Shown here piece after piece: positions 1-10,527 of a stretch of DNA of 64,000 nucleotides (its first letter is position 1; each line of letters begins with the position of its first letter). Source of the DNA: an uncultured Nitrososphaerota archaeon (GTDB taxonomy: Archaea > Thermoproteota > Nitrososphaeria > Conexivisphaerales > DTJL01); contig CAWJIE010000002.1 in assembly GCA_963842885.1 (NCBI GenBank), forward strand, positions 222,020 to 286,019. Direction: 5' to 3'. A program made the position numbers and the translations under genes. The notes beneath the pieces were generated by a model, which was not told the DNA's origin, ran no database searches, and worked only from the letters and a program-made list of their open reading frames with translations.

Positions 1-104
1 ACGGCCAACAGGATCATGAGCGCCCCGCCGGCGGCGAGGGTGAGGACCGTCAGGATGAGAGTGCGAGGATTGCTCCCGCTCCTCCCTTCCGGGGGCTCAG
101 GCAT
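1..104 (-). CDS. N-terminus of a membrane/secreted protein (runs off window)
   Basis: ATG at 104 gives MPEPPEGRSGSNPRTLILTVLTLAAGGALMILLA; hydrophobic segment; AT-rich TATA-like element near 129-137. Confidence 0.55.
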   Translation of the reverse strand, partial: MPEPPEGRSGSNPRTLILTVLTLAAGGALMILLA

Positions 105-548
105 AAGCTCTTGTTCCTGTAGGCTCGGTATTTAACCTTCACATGAGGCGGAAAAGGAGGTCTCATACAGGGCTGCCGGTCGAAGCGGGGCGTGTCAGGG
201 CGCCACGATTTCGCTGGCCCTATTAGCTTTGTCAGCCATCTTCAACGAATTAAGGGACAGGTATCGGGCTCTCCTCAACAACACACTCCTGGCTCTCTCT
301 GCGGCGATTATCGCCATATCTGGTATGACATTCAATCTCCAATTCTGGAACAGGTGCTTCGTGCGTCTGACCTGGAGCACAACGGTAGGAAGCGCATAGA
401 GGTTTTCTGACTTCTGTAGGCCGTGGACGAGCGACGAGCTCCTCCCTGCGTCGGGCGTCGTCCAAGCAAGCGCCACTTCGGTGGAAACCTCAAAAAGGAT
501 GCCATCGAGCAATCATGTCGCAGAGGTGGGAGGACCGCGGACAGGAGG

Positions 549-1517
549 GTGGGATACGTCGGTGGCGGAGTCCTAGTCGTGCTGCTGGTCTTCGTCGCGG
601 CATCCTGCTACATGCCTCCCTCGTCTTCCATTTCGTACGTCGTCGGAGACCCCGAGATCAGCGGGAACTCGACCTCCATCACCTATCCTCCCGGCTACCA
701 GGGGCTGGCGCAGTACGTGCTGGTCCTCATCAACCAAGACCGGTCAAGCTTGGGTGTTCAAGCGGTCAACTTGAGCGTCGTCCCCTCCGGGCAGCAGCAT
801 GCGAATTCGATGCTGTTCTTCGGCTACTTCAGCCACTGGGACACCCAGGGCCTGAAGCCTTACATGCGGTACAGTCTGCTGAACGGAACAGGGGCGGTCT
901 TCGAAAACGTCGCCTGGCAAACCCAGAGTCCTTCTCGATACGCTAGCCTCGACGACCTGAAGTCGGCGCTAGTTGAGATGAACGTGCAGATGATGTACGA
1001 TGACTCCTCCTTCAACTGGGAGCACAGGAGCAACATACTTGATCCCAACCACGGCAGCGTCTCCCTGGGGATATCGTACGACGAACACAACATGTACCTG
1101 GTGGAGGACTTTGAGAACACCTTCATCAACCTCACCAGTCCTCTGGGGTTGTCCGACGGTGTCCTCCAGATAGAGGGGACGACTCCTTCCACACTCGACC
1201 TGACGGTGGCGGCAGTCTACATGGACGCCACACCCGCCAATATCAGCGTTAGCGCCCTGCGCCAGGACGCTCAATACACGGCCTCCTATGACCTGGGCAA
1301 AGAAATCGGAATCGTCCTGCCACCTTCCGACTACGGGATAACGGGCCCGCCTGGGACCCTATCTGCGAATGCCTTGACCTGGCAGACGGGACCGGGCCTG
1401 GTGAACCTGACCCTGCCTATGGAGCCATTCATCGCCTCTTTCGGCAGGGGAGTCTACACCGTCTACCTGCTGCGGTCGGATGGAGAGGCCATTCTGAGCT
1501 ACACCTTTTTCGTGTAG
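549..1517 (+). CDS. CAP/SCP-domain membrane-anchored extracellular protein
   Basis: Motifs LINQDR, QQHANSM..YFSHW, ENVA, EHRSNILDP; N-terminal TM helix; GTG at 549 after AGGAGG (ORF open from 423). Confidence 0.8.
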   Translation: MGYVGGGVLVVLLVFVAASCYMPPSSSISYVVGDPEISGNSTSITYPPGYQGLAQYVLVLINQDRSSLGVQAVNLSVVPSGQQHANSMLFFGYFSHWDTQGLKPYMRYSLLNGTGAVFENVAWQTQSPSRYASLDDLKSALVEMNVQMMYDDSSFNWEHRSNILDPNHGSVSLGISYDEHNMYLVEDFENTFINLTSPLGLSDGVLQIEGTTPSTLDLTVAAVYMDATPANISVSALRQDAQYTASYDLGKEIGIVLPPSDYGITGPPGTLSANALTWQTGPGLVNLTLPMEPFIASFGRGVYTVYLLRSDGEAILSYTFFV

Positions 1518-1569
1518 GGAATCCCGCTCGTCGCAAAGAGCCATGGTTTCAAAATGGCGCGGCAGAGAA

Positions 1570-2133
1570 TCAGGCGGTCCCCTTCGTCGCGTCTTCCATG
1601 GCCTTCCTGAAGACGGCCTCCCTCCGCTCGACGATCCTGTAGTAGTAGAACATCACCAGACCGGCGAAAACGAGGGTCGCACCCCAGTATATGCCGAGGC
1701 TGACCTGGTAGTACTGAACCCAGTCCCCTCTCACCGAGACGCTGTAGGTGGAATTGTACGACGTAATCATCAGGACGAAAGGGTTGAAGTACTTGACGGG
1801 TATCGTCAGGTTTGCGGTGGGGACGGTTTGGTCCAGCGTTATCAGATACGCGTCAGGGAGGTTGCCCGAAGGGTCCTGTTGCACGATTTGTAGGGTAACC
1901 GTTCCCGAACCGCCCTCAGAGGCCTGCACGTTCAGTGACTGTCCTGCCCTTGTTGGAGGGGTTTCTTCCAAGTCGGTCCAAGAGCTCAAAGCCTGCGTTT
2001 CGTTCGAGCCGATGCCCGGCCCCGTCTTGAAGATGGTCTCGGGCACTTGAATCATTGGAACGAATAAGCCGACAAGGACCAGCGCGACCCCCAAGAGCAG
2101 TGTCACCTGCCAAGCTAGTTTGAAACGATCCAT
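1570..2133 (-). CDS. Hypothetical membrane protein (two TM helices flanking an extracellular domain)
   Basis: 187-aa ORF with N- and C-terminal hydrophobic helices; adjacent to upstream gene. Confidence 0.75.
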   Translation of the reverse strand: MDRFKLAWQVTLLLGVALVLVGLFVPMIQVPETIFKTGPGIGSNETQALSSWTDLEETPPTRAGQSLNVQASEGGSGTVTLQIVQQDPSGNLPDAYLITLDQTVPTANLTIPVKYFNPFVLMITSYNSTYSVSVRGDWVQYYQVSLGIYWGATLVFAGLVMFYYYRIVERREAVFRKAMEDATKGTA

Positions 2134-2136
2134 GCG

Positions 2137-3102
2137 TCAGACATCTTTGCCCTTCGATTTTAAGCTTGAGGCTAGAATCCCTCGAATCTCGTTCCTCACT
2201 CCGCCCGGTGCGAAGACGAAGTCGGCGACGACATAGTTGTCGAGGATGGAATAGCTGGAGCCGTCAGGATAAAGGTTCCTCACATCGTCGAAACGCGCCT
2301 TTGAAACCCTGAGGTCCTGGAAGCCAAAGGCGTACTTCCCGTCGTAATTGCCACCGGAGTAATACACGGTCTTCGAGCCCATCGTGAAGTTCTGGAGCTG
2401 CGTGGAGAAGGAGACGTAATAGAACGCAAGGAAGTCGGAGCCCCCTCCCGTAGAGGCATAGACCGCGGCCTGGACGGTCTTGTTTTCAAATAGGCCCGGG
2501 CTTCCATCGAGCGAGAAGTCCATGGCCTTCTTTATGTCTCCTAGGGGGTCGGCCGATCCCTGGGTGTAGACGATGAAGCCGTTGTCGAAGAAGAGGTATC
2601 CCAGGGTGAGGGAGTTGTTAACGACGTTGTGGTTCAGCACCCTGTAGATCGTACTGGACCTGTAGTTCTCCTTGATCACGAGGTCGTTGGAGTTGAGCTC
2701 GTTGAGGACGGAGCTATACGCGATGGCAGTGGGCTGGAAGATGTCCACCTCTGTGCCGTTCTCGGTGATCGAGGGGGCGGGGAGGTCATAGGTCGCAACC
2801 GTCGACACATTTCCGGGCGTCAGCGCGAGGCTCGCCTGGTAGACGTTCAGGAAGGTGGCTCCGACATCGGAATAGCTTAGCCCGGTGGCCACGAGCTGGG
2901 CGACCTTTATCTCTCCCGCGCTTACGGCATTGGGTGGCACCAAGTCCATCCAGGGCTCTAGCGTCACGTTGTAATTCGTAGGGAAATGGTACACCGCAGG
3001 ACCTGACAAGTAAGGCAGCCCTAGGGTGATTGCGACCAAGGCCACGATCACGACGCTGAAACTGATAACGAAGGGCTTCCTGGAGTCTTTCTTCTTCGGC
3101 AT
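2137..3102 (-). CDS. Hypothetical membrane-anchored extracellular protein
   Basis: 321-aa ORF; basic N-terminus plus TM helix; several N-x-S/T sequons. Confidence 0.75.
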   Translation of the reverse strand: MPKKKDSRKPFVISFSVVIVALVAITLGLPYLSGPAVYHFPTNYNVTLEPWMDLVPPNAVSAGEIKVAQLVATGLSYSDVGATFLNVYQASLALTPGNVSTVATYDLPAPSITENGTEVDIFQPTAIAYSSVLNELNSNDLVIKENYRSSTIYRVLNHNVVNNSLTLGYLFFDNGFIVYTQGSADPLGDIKKAMDFSLDGSPGLFENKTVQAAVYASTGGGSDFLAFYYVSFSTQLQNFTMGSKTVYYSGGNYDGKYAFGFQDLRVSKARFDDVRNLYPDGSSYSILDNYVVADFVFAPGGVRNEIRGILASSLKSKGKDV

Positions 3103-3182
3103 CTAAGTGGCTCCTGAGCGTGCACGTTCTAAAATCTTTTGATTGGAACGATTAAAATAGCTGCCGTATCAGATGGTTTCCG

Positions 3183-3539
3183 ATGCGGCTGGTCAGCCTA
3201 ATCCTCCTCAAATCCCTCAAGTACTTCCTCATCATCGTCGCTTTTGACGCGATCCTCGGGTTCGGATTCTACCTGTACGCCGGCTTCGACATCGCGGCAG
3301 GCGTTCTGAGCGACATCTTGATCCTGGAGGTCGCCTTCCTCTTCATCTTCGGTGGGCTTCTGGACTTCTCACAGGCCCAGACGACGGTCAGCGCCCGGAG
3401 GCTCCTGGGCGACCCGGACTCGGAGTACTCCGCGGAGAAGCACCGAGAGGCGCAGGTGAGGGGAGCGATGCTCGTCCTGACGGGTGTATGGGTCATCTTG
3501 TTGGCCGTGGCTCTGTCCCTCCTCCTGCTCTCCCCATAG
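3183..3539 (+). CDS. Small membrane protein (3 TM)
   Basis: 118-aa hydrophobic ORF; TTAAAA TATA-like element about 25-30 bp upstream. Confidence 0.7.
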   Translation: MRLVSLILLKSLKYFLIIVAFDAILGFGFYLYAGFDIAAGVLSDILILEVAFLFIFGGLLDFSQAQTTVSARRLLGDPDSEYSAEKHREAQVRGAMLVLTGVWVILLAVALSLLLLSP

Positions 3540-3594
3540 CTCGCGCTGGGCTCATTCGAAAAAATATAAAATGTGACTTTCGGAATGTAGTTCT

Positions 3595-6057
3595 CTATTG
3601 GGGTTTGCGTCTGCTAAACAACAGCGCGAGGACAAGTGCGATGATTGCTATCAGGATGGCTCCGTATGCAACGTATGAGATCGAGTTGAAATCGGACTGC
3701 AGCGAATTCACCTTTGAGGTCAAGGTGTTGAGCTCGTTGGTTATCGTAGTCGAGAAGGTGGACAAGGAGCTCGACAGCGCCGTCACCTGGCTTGACTGGG
3801 CGTATGGAGTCAGTGCGTCGGTCAGCGCCTGACTGAATGTTAGTATGGTGTCGTTGAAGACGGGGCTGGTATCCGTGCCTTTCCCAGGCCAGTTCAGCCA
3901 TTGCAAGTAGACGGTGCCCGGTTGCGTAGGCGTGAACCAAACCGCGTAGACCCCGCCCGTACCTGTTGTCGTTGTAGCTACATCGGTCCAAGTGCCTGTT
4001 CCGGTCGAGGCGCTATAGTCATAGCTCGCTTGCAGTGTTATGAGGCTGCCGTTGATGGTCGCTCCTGAGGTCGGGTCCGTCAACACTCCTGATACTTCAA
4101 CCGGTGATCCGGCGACCAAGTATGTCTGCGCCACTATCGCTGGCGGTGTCGGTGGAATAACCGCTGATCCTCCTGAGTAGCCTGCCAGGGCCAGTTCAGC
4201 GACGGCCTGTGTCGGGCTATAGGGGTCCATTTGTAGGTTGGGATTGAACCAGTAGCCGTAGGCTGGAGCCCAAGGCGTGATGCCGGGGGTACCGAGTCCA
4301 TTCAACAGGCTGCTCACGATGAGTTGCCTGGGTACTAAGTAGCTGATGGCCTTCCTGACTGCCGCGGCAGCGGCGGCCGTTCCCACAGGTGTACCAGTTC
4401 CAGTTCCCCAGATGGGGTTCATGAGGTTGAAGCCCATTTCCTGGTAGCCCAGTTCTGGTCCCATGATAACGTTGGCGCCGATGCCCTGCAGTGTCGAAAC
4501 ATATGTGCCTAGGGCGTAGTTGGTGTCCAACTGATTAACTTCTCCCGACTTGTAAGCAGCTACCGCAGCGTCCGCACCATTAATCCAAACGACGTTGTAG
4601 TTCTTGACGGCGAATTGCCCGATGTTCTCGAGGCCCGTGGCGTTCCAGTAGCCCTCCCACGCAACTTCGTTCGCGGTGTTGCTCGTAAAGTCGTAGTTGG
4701 TAAGTACGTAGGGGCCATTGCCGAACGGACCCACGAAGTGACAACTGCCGTTGCCACCATATACTGCAGCGTTCCAAGTTTCCGTGTACCCAGTGGCCTC
4801 GACATAAGGCAGCGTGTTCCAAGTGCTGATTGCGTATTGCTCGAAGTAGTGCTTTGGCAGTGGGGATATGGTCATCCACGTCATGTTCATGAATGCGTAG
4901 ACTTGCGGTACGTCGAGTGTGAATGTGTTCTTGTCTATCGCCGTGGCATACCACGTAGCCGGAGCTTGTCCCGCCGGCGTCTGGTCGTCAATTATCGTCG
5001 TTCCGTTGAGATAGGTGAACTCGCCCTTCGTCCCTAGCTGGGCTAGCATGGTTCCCTGACCTACGTAACCACCGTTGGGGTCAAACAGCGACTGGAACGT
5101 GAAGACGTAATCATCTGAAGTCACGGGGACTCCGTCCTGGAAGTTGTTGGGTTTGAAGTTGACGGTCCAGTTGAGGCCGTCAGGTGTAGAGGTGATGGAG
5201 TTTGCGAGGGCTAGATAGTACGAGCTGGTGATTGAGTTCAACTCTTGCAGGCCCTCGAACGCCGGAGCGTAGATGAAGAGGGCGTAGAATGAGTTGCTCG
5301 TGGTGGTCGGTAGAGGGTTGAGATTGTTGTCGGGGAAGACGTTGCCCGCCTCGGCAAAGTTAAGGGTGCTCAGGCCGGACATGTGCTGCACATCGCTGGG
5401 GAAACCGACATTGTTAAAGACAGTATTGTTCCCATAAACCGCTAATGCCGGATCTCTAGCTATGATCCACTCGTTGTAGTAGATAGTGATCTGTGGAGTG
5501 TCCTGAAGTATCTGGGCCTGCAGGTTCCATATATCCTGCTGCTGCAGAGTCATGTTGGCGGTGCCGTAGACGCCATGCATCAATGCATTGGCTGCCGAGC
5601 TGTTGTAGAAGTAGTAGTTGTTGCCGGCCGGCGCCCAATCGCTGTAGTCACCCAGGAAGTTACTAAACGAAGAGTCAGGCGAGAGGCCCGTGGCACCCCA
5701 CCCGATGAAACCGGCGTCGTATCCTCCGTGGGCGAAGTCCGTTCCGGTTTGGCTCCAGTCGATGGAGCCATTGGCAAGGTAAGCGCCCAGGAAGAACATC
5801 CTGGTGTCAAGTTCGCTGAAGGTGACATAGAACACCTTCGCATCGATGCCTACGCTCGCCAATGAGCTAGCGATGATGGAGGCATACTGCCTCCTCGCTG
5901 CGTTCGACGTAGGGGCGATCAACGTGATGCTGAAGTACGCTGTGCTTTGTGCATAGGCCGAAGTACTAGCGACACCGGCAATCGAGCTGAAAAGAGTGAT
6001 GTAAATGGCGAGAGCTACCGCAGCTCCCAATAAGATTTGTCTATTCTGCGAAGTCAT
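3595..6057 (-). CDS. oppA: Peptide/oligopeptide ABC transporter substrate-binding protein (family 5) with C-terminal Ig-like domain, coiled-coil stalk and TM anchor
   Basis: LANSITSTPDGLNWT, FQDGVPVTSDDYVFT, GNGPYVL, VRKAISYLVPR motifs; near oppBCDF; start assumed at MTSQNRQ. Confidence 0.85.
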   Translation of the reverse strand: MTSQNRQILLGAAVALAIYITLFSSIAGVASTSAYAQSTAYFSITLIAPTSNAARRQYASIIASSLASVGIDAKVFYVTFSELDTRMFFLGAYLANGSIDWSQTGTDFAHGGYDAGFIGWGATGLSPDSSFSNFLGDYSDWAPAGNNYYFYNSSAANALMHGVYGTANMTLQQQDIWNLQAQILQDTPQITIYYNEWIIARDPALAVYGNNTVFNNVGFPSDVQHMSGLSTLNFAEAGNVFPDNNLNPLPTTTSNSFYALFIYAPAFEGLQELNSITSSYYLALANSITSTPDGLNWTVNFKPNNFQDGVPVTSDDYVFTFQSLFDPNGGYVGQGTMLAQLGTKGEFTYLNGTTIIDDQTPAGQAPATWYATAIDKNTFTLDVPQVYAFMNMTWMTISPLPKHYFEQYAISTWNTLPYVEATGYTETWNAAVYGGNGSCHFVGPFGNGPYVLTNYDFTSNTANEVAWEGYWNATGLENIGQFAVKNYNVVWINGADAAVAAYKSGEVNQLDTNYALGTYVSTLQGIGANVIMGPELGYQEMGFNLMNPIWGTGTGTPVGTAAAAAAVRKAISYLVPRQLIVSSLLNGLGTPGITPWAPAYGYWFNPNLQMDPYSPTQAVAELALAGYSGGSAVIPPTPPAIVAQTYLVAGSPVEVSGVLTDPTSGATINGSLITLQASYDYSASTGTGTWTDVATTTTGTGGVYAVWFTPTQPGTVYLQWLNWPGKGTDTSPVFNDTILTFSQALTDALTPYAQSSQVTALSSSLSTFSTTITNELNTLTSKVNSLQSDFNSISYVAYGAILIAIIALVLALLFSRRKPQ

Positions 6058-6264
6058 ATTCGTCGTGAAACCAGACTCCCACAATGCTATTTATACTTTG
6101 CGAACACGGATATGTTGTCTTCTTTTAACTGGAAGGCACCAGCGTGGGGTGCAGAATAGATGAAATGTCCACGCAAAAACTGCAAATTCTATCACCTTGT
6201 CCTATGCCTTGTGCCTAAAGCACCTCCTGGACAGGAACGTGCCGCGGGAGCCCCCCGGAGTCTC

Positions 6265-6894
6265 TCAGGGGTTGCCTGACTCCAGAAATTGCGCCCGACA
6301 ACCGCAGGCACCGGTCAGAAACTCCAAGAGGCCGTCAGCCGGCACGATCGGAACGCCCTCCACGGAAAGCAAGCCCGTCCGCGAAAGCACCAAGAGAGCA
6401 GGAAGAATCTCCTTAAGGCCGGGGATCCTGCGAGATTCGAGCAGAAGCTGGACCCTTTCCTTCTGCATCAACGCCGCCGGGCGGAGTCGACTGAGAACGT
6501 CACGACGCCAGTGCTTGCAGTCTATGGCAATGCCAAACCCGCTGAGGACGCCGACCACGTCTATCTCCCTCCTAGGCGCTTTCAAATGGTAGTTCATCCT
6601 GACGTTGTATCCGCAAGCCTCCAACGCGGAACCCGCGAACACTTCAAACTCCCTCCAGCTGAGGGCGCCCCCCAACTCATGCATTGAGGCGCCCTTCCCC
6701 CTGAGGTATATGGCTAACCTTACCTTCCCTCCCGGTGGAAGAGTCAGGCTGCCCGTCTCGAAACCCACAAACCCGATTGAACTTAACTCCTCTGCGATCC
6801 CGTATAGCGTTTCCGGACCCACAAGCATGGATTTCGAAATCTCCTCCACTTCATTTCGCCCCTCCTTAATGTAGCGCAACAGGTCCAGCATCAA
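6265..6894 (-). CDS. Mrr-like PD-(D/E)xK endonuclease with N-terminal HTH
   Basis: LSWREFE...REIDVVG...IAIDCKHW motif. Confidence 0.8.
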   Translation of the reverse strand: MMLDLLRYIKEGRNEVEEISKSMLVGPETLYGIAEELSSIGFVGFETGSLTLPPGGKVRLAIYLRGKGASMHELGGALSWREFEVFAGSALEACGYNVRMNYHLKAPRREIDVVGVLSGFGIAIDCKHWRRDVLSRLRPAALMQKERVQLLLESRRIPGLKEILPALLVLSRTGLLSVEGVPIVPADGLLEFLTGACGCRAQFLESGNP

Positions 6895-7117
6895 TGAAAG
6901 ACTCGCAGGTGACCCTCCCTAAACCACCTGCCTGAGCGCCTATTTTAGGATGCCCGGCGGAAGGGAAATGCCTGGAGGAAGGGTTCTTTGTTGGGATTCC
7001 CATCCTCTTGAGGAAGACTGAGGTTTTCGGGTCACTATTGCAGATAATCGTAGCGAAAGCCAACCGGTAACGACTAATCCATAGAAGGTTTAAATCCAAC
7101 TTCTCATAACTGAAAGC

Positions 7118-7471
7118 GTGTTAATGCCGCAATTCGGGCGCTATGCCAGGACCACTACCTGCAGAGAGAAGGTGTGGGAAATCCTCAGGCATGACGATGA
7201 ATGGGCGAGCGGCCCATTTACGATGAGGGAGTTTTGCGAGCGGCACAGGGTCGACCTGGAAACGGCTCTGAGCGCCTTGGGCACCGGCTCCAGCGTCGAA
7301 CGCATGGTCAGGGCGGCCCTCCAGAGCCTCAACAAGAAGGGCCTTGTCCAAGCAACGAGGACGTGGGGAGGCACGACCTACTCGAAGAACGTCTACATGA
7401 TCCATCAATCTCTGATTCCCCTCAACTACGGGAAGGCTCTGGTTCAGGCGCAGCGCCTGCGCCTTCTGTAA
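7118..7471 (+). CDS. Hypothetical winged-helix protein
   Basis: VRAALQSLNKKGLV wHTH-like pattern; TTTAAA box at 7089-7094. Confidence 0.6.
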   Translation: MLMPQFGRYARTTTCREKVWEILRHDDEWASGPFTMREFCERHRVDLETALSALGTGSSVERMVRAALQSLNKKGLVQATRTWGGTTYSKNVYMIHQSLIPLNYGKALVQAQRLRLL

Positions 7472-7558
7472 ACGTCGGGCGGTCGACAGGGCTCGGATTA
7501 GTTCACACTCCCGGCCCTCTGGCTTCGCTAAGCGGAACCTCCAATCATGGGCAGCGTC

Positions 7559-8557
7559 CTAGGCGAAATCCTTCCAGAAATGACACGAGACCCAATGACC
7601 ATAGCCTGCGTCCGTCCATGCTGGCTTCTCGGCCTTACAGATGTCCTTGGCGTACGGGCACCTCGGATGGAAACGGCAGGCCGGCGGTGGGTTGATGGGG
7701 CTGGGGACTTCGCCCGGGAGGATGATCCTCTGGACCTTCGTGTCGGGGTCGGGTATGGGTATGGCGGACATCAGCGCTTGAGTGTACGGGTGAAGCGGCT
7801 TGCCGAAGACCCTCTCCGTATCGCCCAGTTCCACAAATTCGCCCAGGTACATCACAGCGACGCGGTGGCTAATCTGCCGCACAGAACTCAGGTCATGCGA
7901 GATGTAAAGATATGACAGCTGCACCTTGTTCTGAAGGTCGATCATAAGGTTGAGGATCTGTGCCCTGATGGAAACATCCAGGGAAGACACTGGCTCATCA
8001 GCGACCACCAGCTTTGGCTCGACGGCGAGAGCCCTGGCTATGCTGACCCTCTGCCTCTGGCCGCCGCTGAATTCATGGGGATACCTTTCCGCATGGTAGG
8101 CTTCGAGACCCACCATCTCCAAGAGCCGGTAGACGCGTTCCGTCCATTCGGCCTTGGGAACATGTTGATGGATGACGAACGGTTCCGAGAGGATGTCGTA
8201 AATGGTCATCCTTGGATCCAAGGAGAGATAGGGGTTCTGGAAGACCAGCTGCATGCTCCTGCGTAGCTTGAACCGGTCAGCCTTCTTGCCCTTGCGGAAG
8301 GTCTCAAAGACGTCCAAGCCGTCAAATATGACCTTGCCACTGGTCGGAGGCTCCAAGTCGAGGACTACCTTGGCCGTCGTCGTCTTGCCACAACCGCTTT
8401 CGCCCACCAGAGCCAAGGTCTCACTCTTGCCTACAACAAAGTCAACATGATCCACTGCATGGACATCGCCTACCTTCTTCCTGGATAAGACGCCTCGCGT
8501 GTAAACTTCGAAGTACTTCACCAGGTCCTGAACCTCCAACAGTGTGCTATATCCCAT
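7559..8557 (-). CDS. oppF: Oligopeptide ABC transporter ATPase
   Basis: GESGCGKT, YPHEFSGGQRQR, PLHPYT, CRFHPRC. Confidence 0.95.
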   Translation of the reverse strand: MGYSTLLEVQDLVKYFEVYTRGVLSRKKVGDVHAVDHVDFVVGKSETLALVGESGCGKTTTAKVVLDLEPPTSGKVIFDGLDVFETFRKGKKADRFKLRRSMQLVFQNPYLSLDPRMTIYDILSEPFVIHQHVPKAEWTERVYRLLEMVGLEAYHAERYPHEFSGGQRQRVSIARALAVEPKLVVADEPVSSLDVSIRAQILNLMIDLQNKVQLSYLYISHDLSSVRQISHRVAVMYLGEFVELGDTERVFGKPLHPYTQALMSAIPIPDPDTKVQRIILPGEVPSPINPPPACRFHPRCPYAKDICKAEKPAWTDAGYGHWVSCHFWKDFA

Positions 8558-9552
8558 CTAGAGCGACCCCTTGAGCTGGAGCTCCTTCCACCGGTGACAG
8601 GCGACGCTGTGGTCGGGCGTGACGGCCTCCAAGACGGGGACCTTTTCTTTGCAGACCTCTATCGCGTAGGGGCAGCGCGGGTGGAACCGACACCCGCTGG
8701 GCGGCTCGATTAGGTTGGGTATGTTTCCAGGCACAGACACCAAGACCTTCTTCTTGTCAAGGCGCGGGACGGCCTTGAGCAGGGCCTCGGTGTATGGATG
8801 CTTAGGGCCGTTGAAGAGGTCCCACGTGTTGGCGGTCTCGTAGACCTGGCCCGCATACAGCACGGTGACCCGTTGAGTCATCTCGGCGATGATGCCCATG
8901 TCAGTGCGTGATCATCACGAGCGTCATCCCGAAGTCCTTCTTCAAAGTCTTCATGAGCTCCAGGACTTGCGCCTGTATGGTGACGTCGAGGTTCGTAGTG
9001 GGCTCGTCGGCGAAAAGCAGGGAGGGCTCGCATGACAGGGCTCTTGCGATGGCGATTCTCTGCTTCATTCCGCCGCTGAGCTCGAAAGGATATGCACGAA
9101 GCCGTTTCTCCGCTTCCGGGATGCCTACAAGCTCCAGAATCTTCCTGGCCTCGTCTCTGCGCTGCTGCCTTGTCAAGGCCCTTGTGCAGCCTGATCACTT
9201 CGGTGAGCTGGTGCTCTATCGTGTAGAGTGGATTGAGGCTGGACATCGGGTCCTGGAAGACGATGGCGATCCTCTTCCCCCTGAGCTTCCTCACCTCCTT
9301 CTCTTTCAGACTCAACACGTCTATGTTGTCGAAGGTGATCTTGCCGCCGACAATCCTACCCGGCCGCGGGACTATCCTCAGCGTGCTCAGCGCCGTGACG
9401 CTCTTGCCTGAGCCCGACTCGCCCACCAACCCGTGGGTCTCCCCCCTCTGCACTTGTATGGAAACCCCGTCGACGGCTTTGACGACGCCCGCCTCCGTGA
9501 AGAAGTATGTCCTCAGGTCGTGGATGTCCAGTATGTTATCCAAGGAGCTCAC
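8558..9552 (-). CDS. oppD: Oligopeptide ABC transporter ATPase (two apparent +1 frameshifts near 9160 and 8903)
   Basis: [23 protein letters not shown]|[10 protein letters not shown] spread over three consecutive frames. Confidence 0.9.
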
Positions 9553-10515
9553 TCCCTCAGCCTCGGGTTCAAGGCGTCAGATAGGCCGTCTCCGAGGAGG
9601 TTGAACCCTAGGACAATCAGCACGACAAGCATGCCCAGGGAAGAAGGAGACCCACCAGTAGGTGCTCACGTAAGTTGATCCTTCCTGGATCAAGAGCCCC
9701 CAAGTAGCGGTGTTGGGATCGCCGAATCCGAGAAACGAGATGACGACTTCCGTAAGGATGTTCCCAGCAACACTGAGGCTCGCGATGACGATGACCGGCG
9801 TCAGGATATTAGGGACGATATGCCTGAATAGTATTCGGAAGCTGCTCGCACCAAGGGCCTTCTCGGCCTGTACGAACTCAAGTTCTTTGACCCGGAATAT
9901 CTCACCCCTCACGACGAATGCAATGCCGGACCACCCGAAGAATCCCAAGATCAGAACGATCAATGTCAGGCCGAACCCCGCGTAGACCAAGACTGAATAC
10001 ACACGGGCGAAAAGGAGGATCAGCAGGAGGACCGGTATCACGAAGAAGACCTGTATTACGCCGAGGAGACTGGCGCTGATGATGCCCTTAGAATAGCCCG
10101 CCACAGCGCCCACTGCTATCCCTATCACCGTAGCCAACAGAGTCGCCGCAATCCCTACGTAGAGGTCATTGCGCGCTCCCCAAACGGAATCGCTAAAGAC
10201 ATCTATGCCAGCCAGTTCGGTCCCGAACGGGTGCTGCCAGCTAGGGGGCTGGCCCTCCTGTCCCTGGTAGAGGGCCTCGAAGCTTCTGGCCGGATAGAGG
10301 CTGATCAGATGCGACCCGTCGGGCAACCTTATCGAGGCCATGACGGGCAACACAAAGGCGAATATGAAGAAGGCGATGACGATGGCAAACCCCAAGAGGC
10401 CTGACTTGTTCCGTTTGAATCTCCTCCAGGCAACCGCCCACTGGGTCGCGCTCCTGCGCCTGGGCTTGGTGGGTAGCTTCGCGGAAGGTCCTGATGACGA
10501 GGAACTATTTGACAG
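9549..10515 (-). CDS. oppC: Oligopeptide ABC permease (frameshift near 9637; possible CTG start)
   Basis: AWRRFKRNK, HPFGT, ALGAS..RILFRHIVPN, SFLGFG, then after the shift [19 protein letters not shown]; frame open to CTG at 10515 downstream of GAGGTGA. Confidence 0.9.
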
Positions 10516-10527
10516 ACAACGTCACCT

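Noticed and set aside
192-512. Short ORFs between the first two genes
   Set aside because: No recognisable motif and several competing frames; none can be supported.
6895-7117. RNase P or SRP RNA in this or the 48.2-kb intergenic region
   Set aside because: The conserved signatures (GAGGAAAGTCC; SRP helix 8 motif) are absent.
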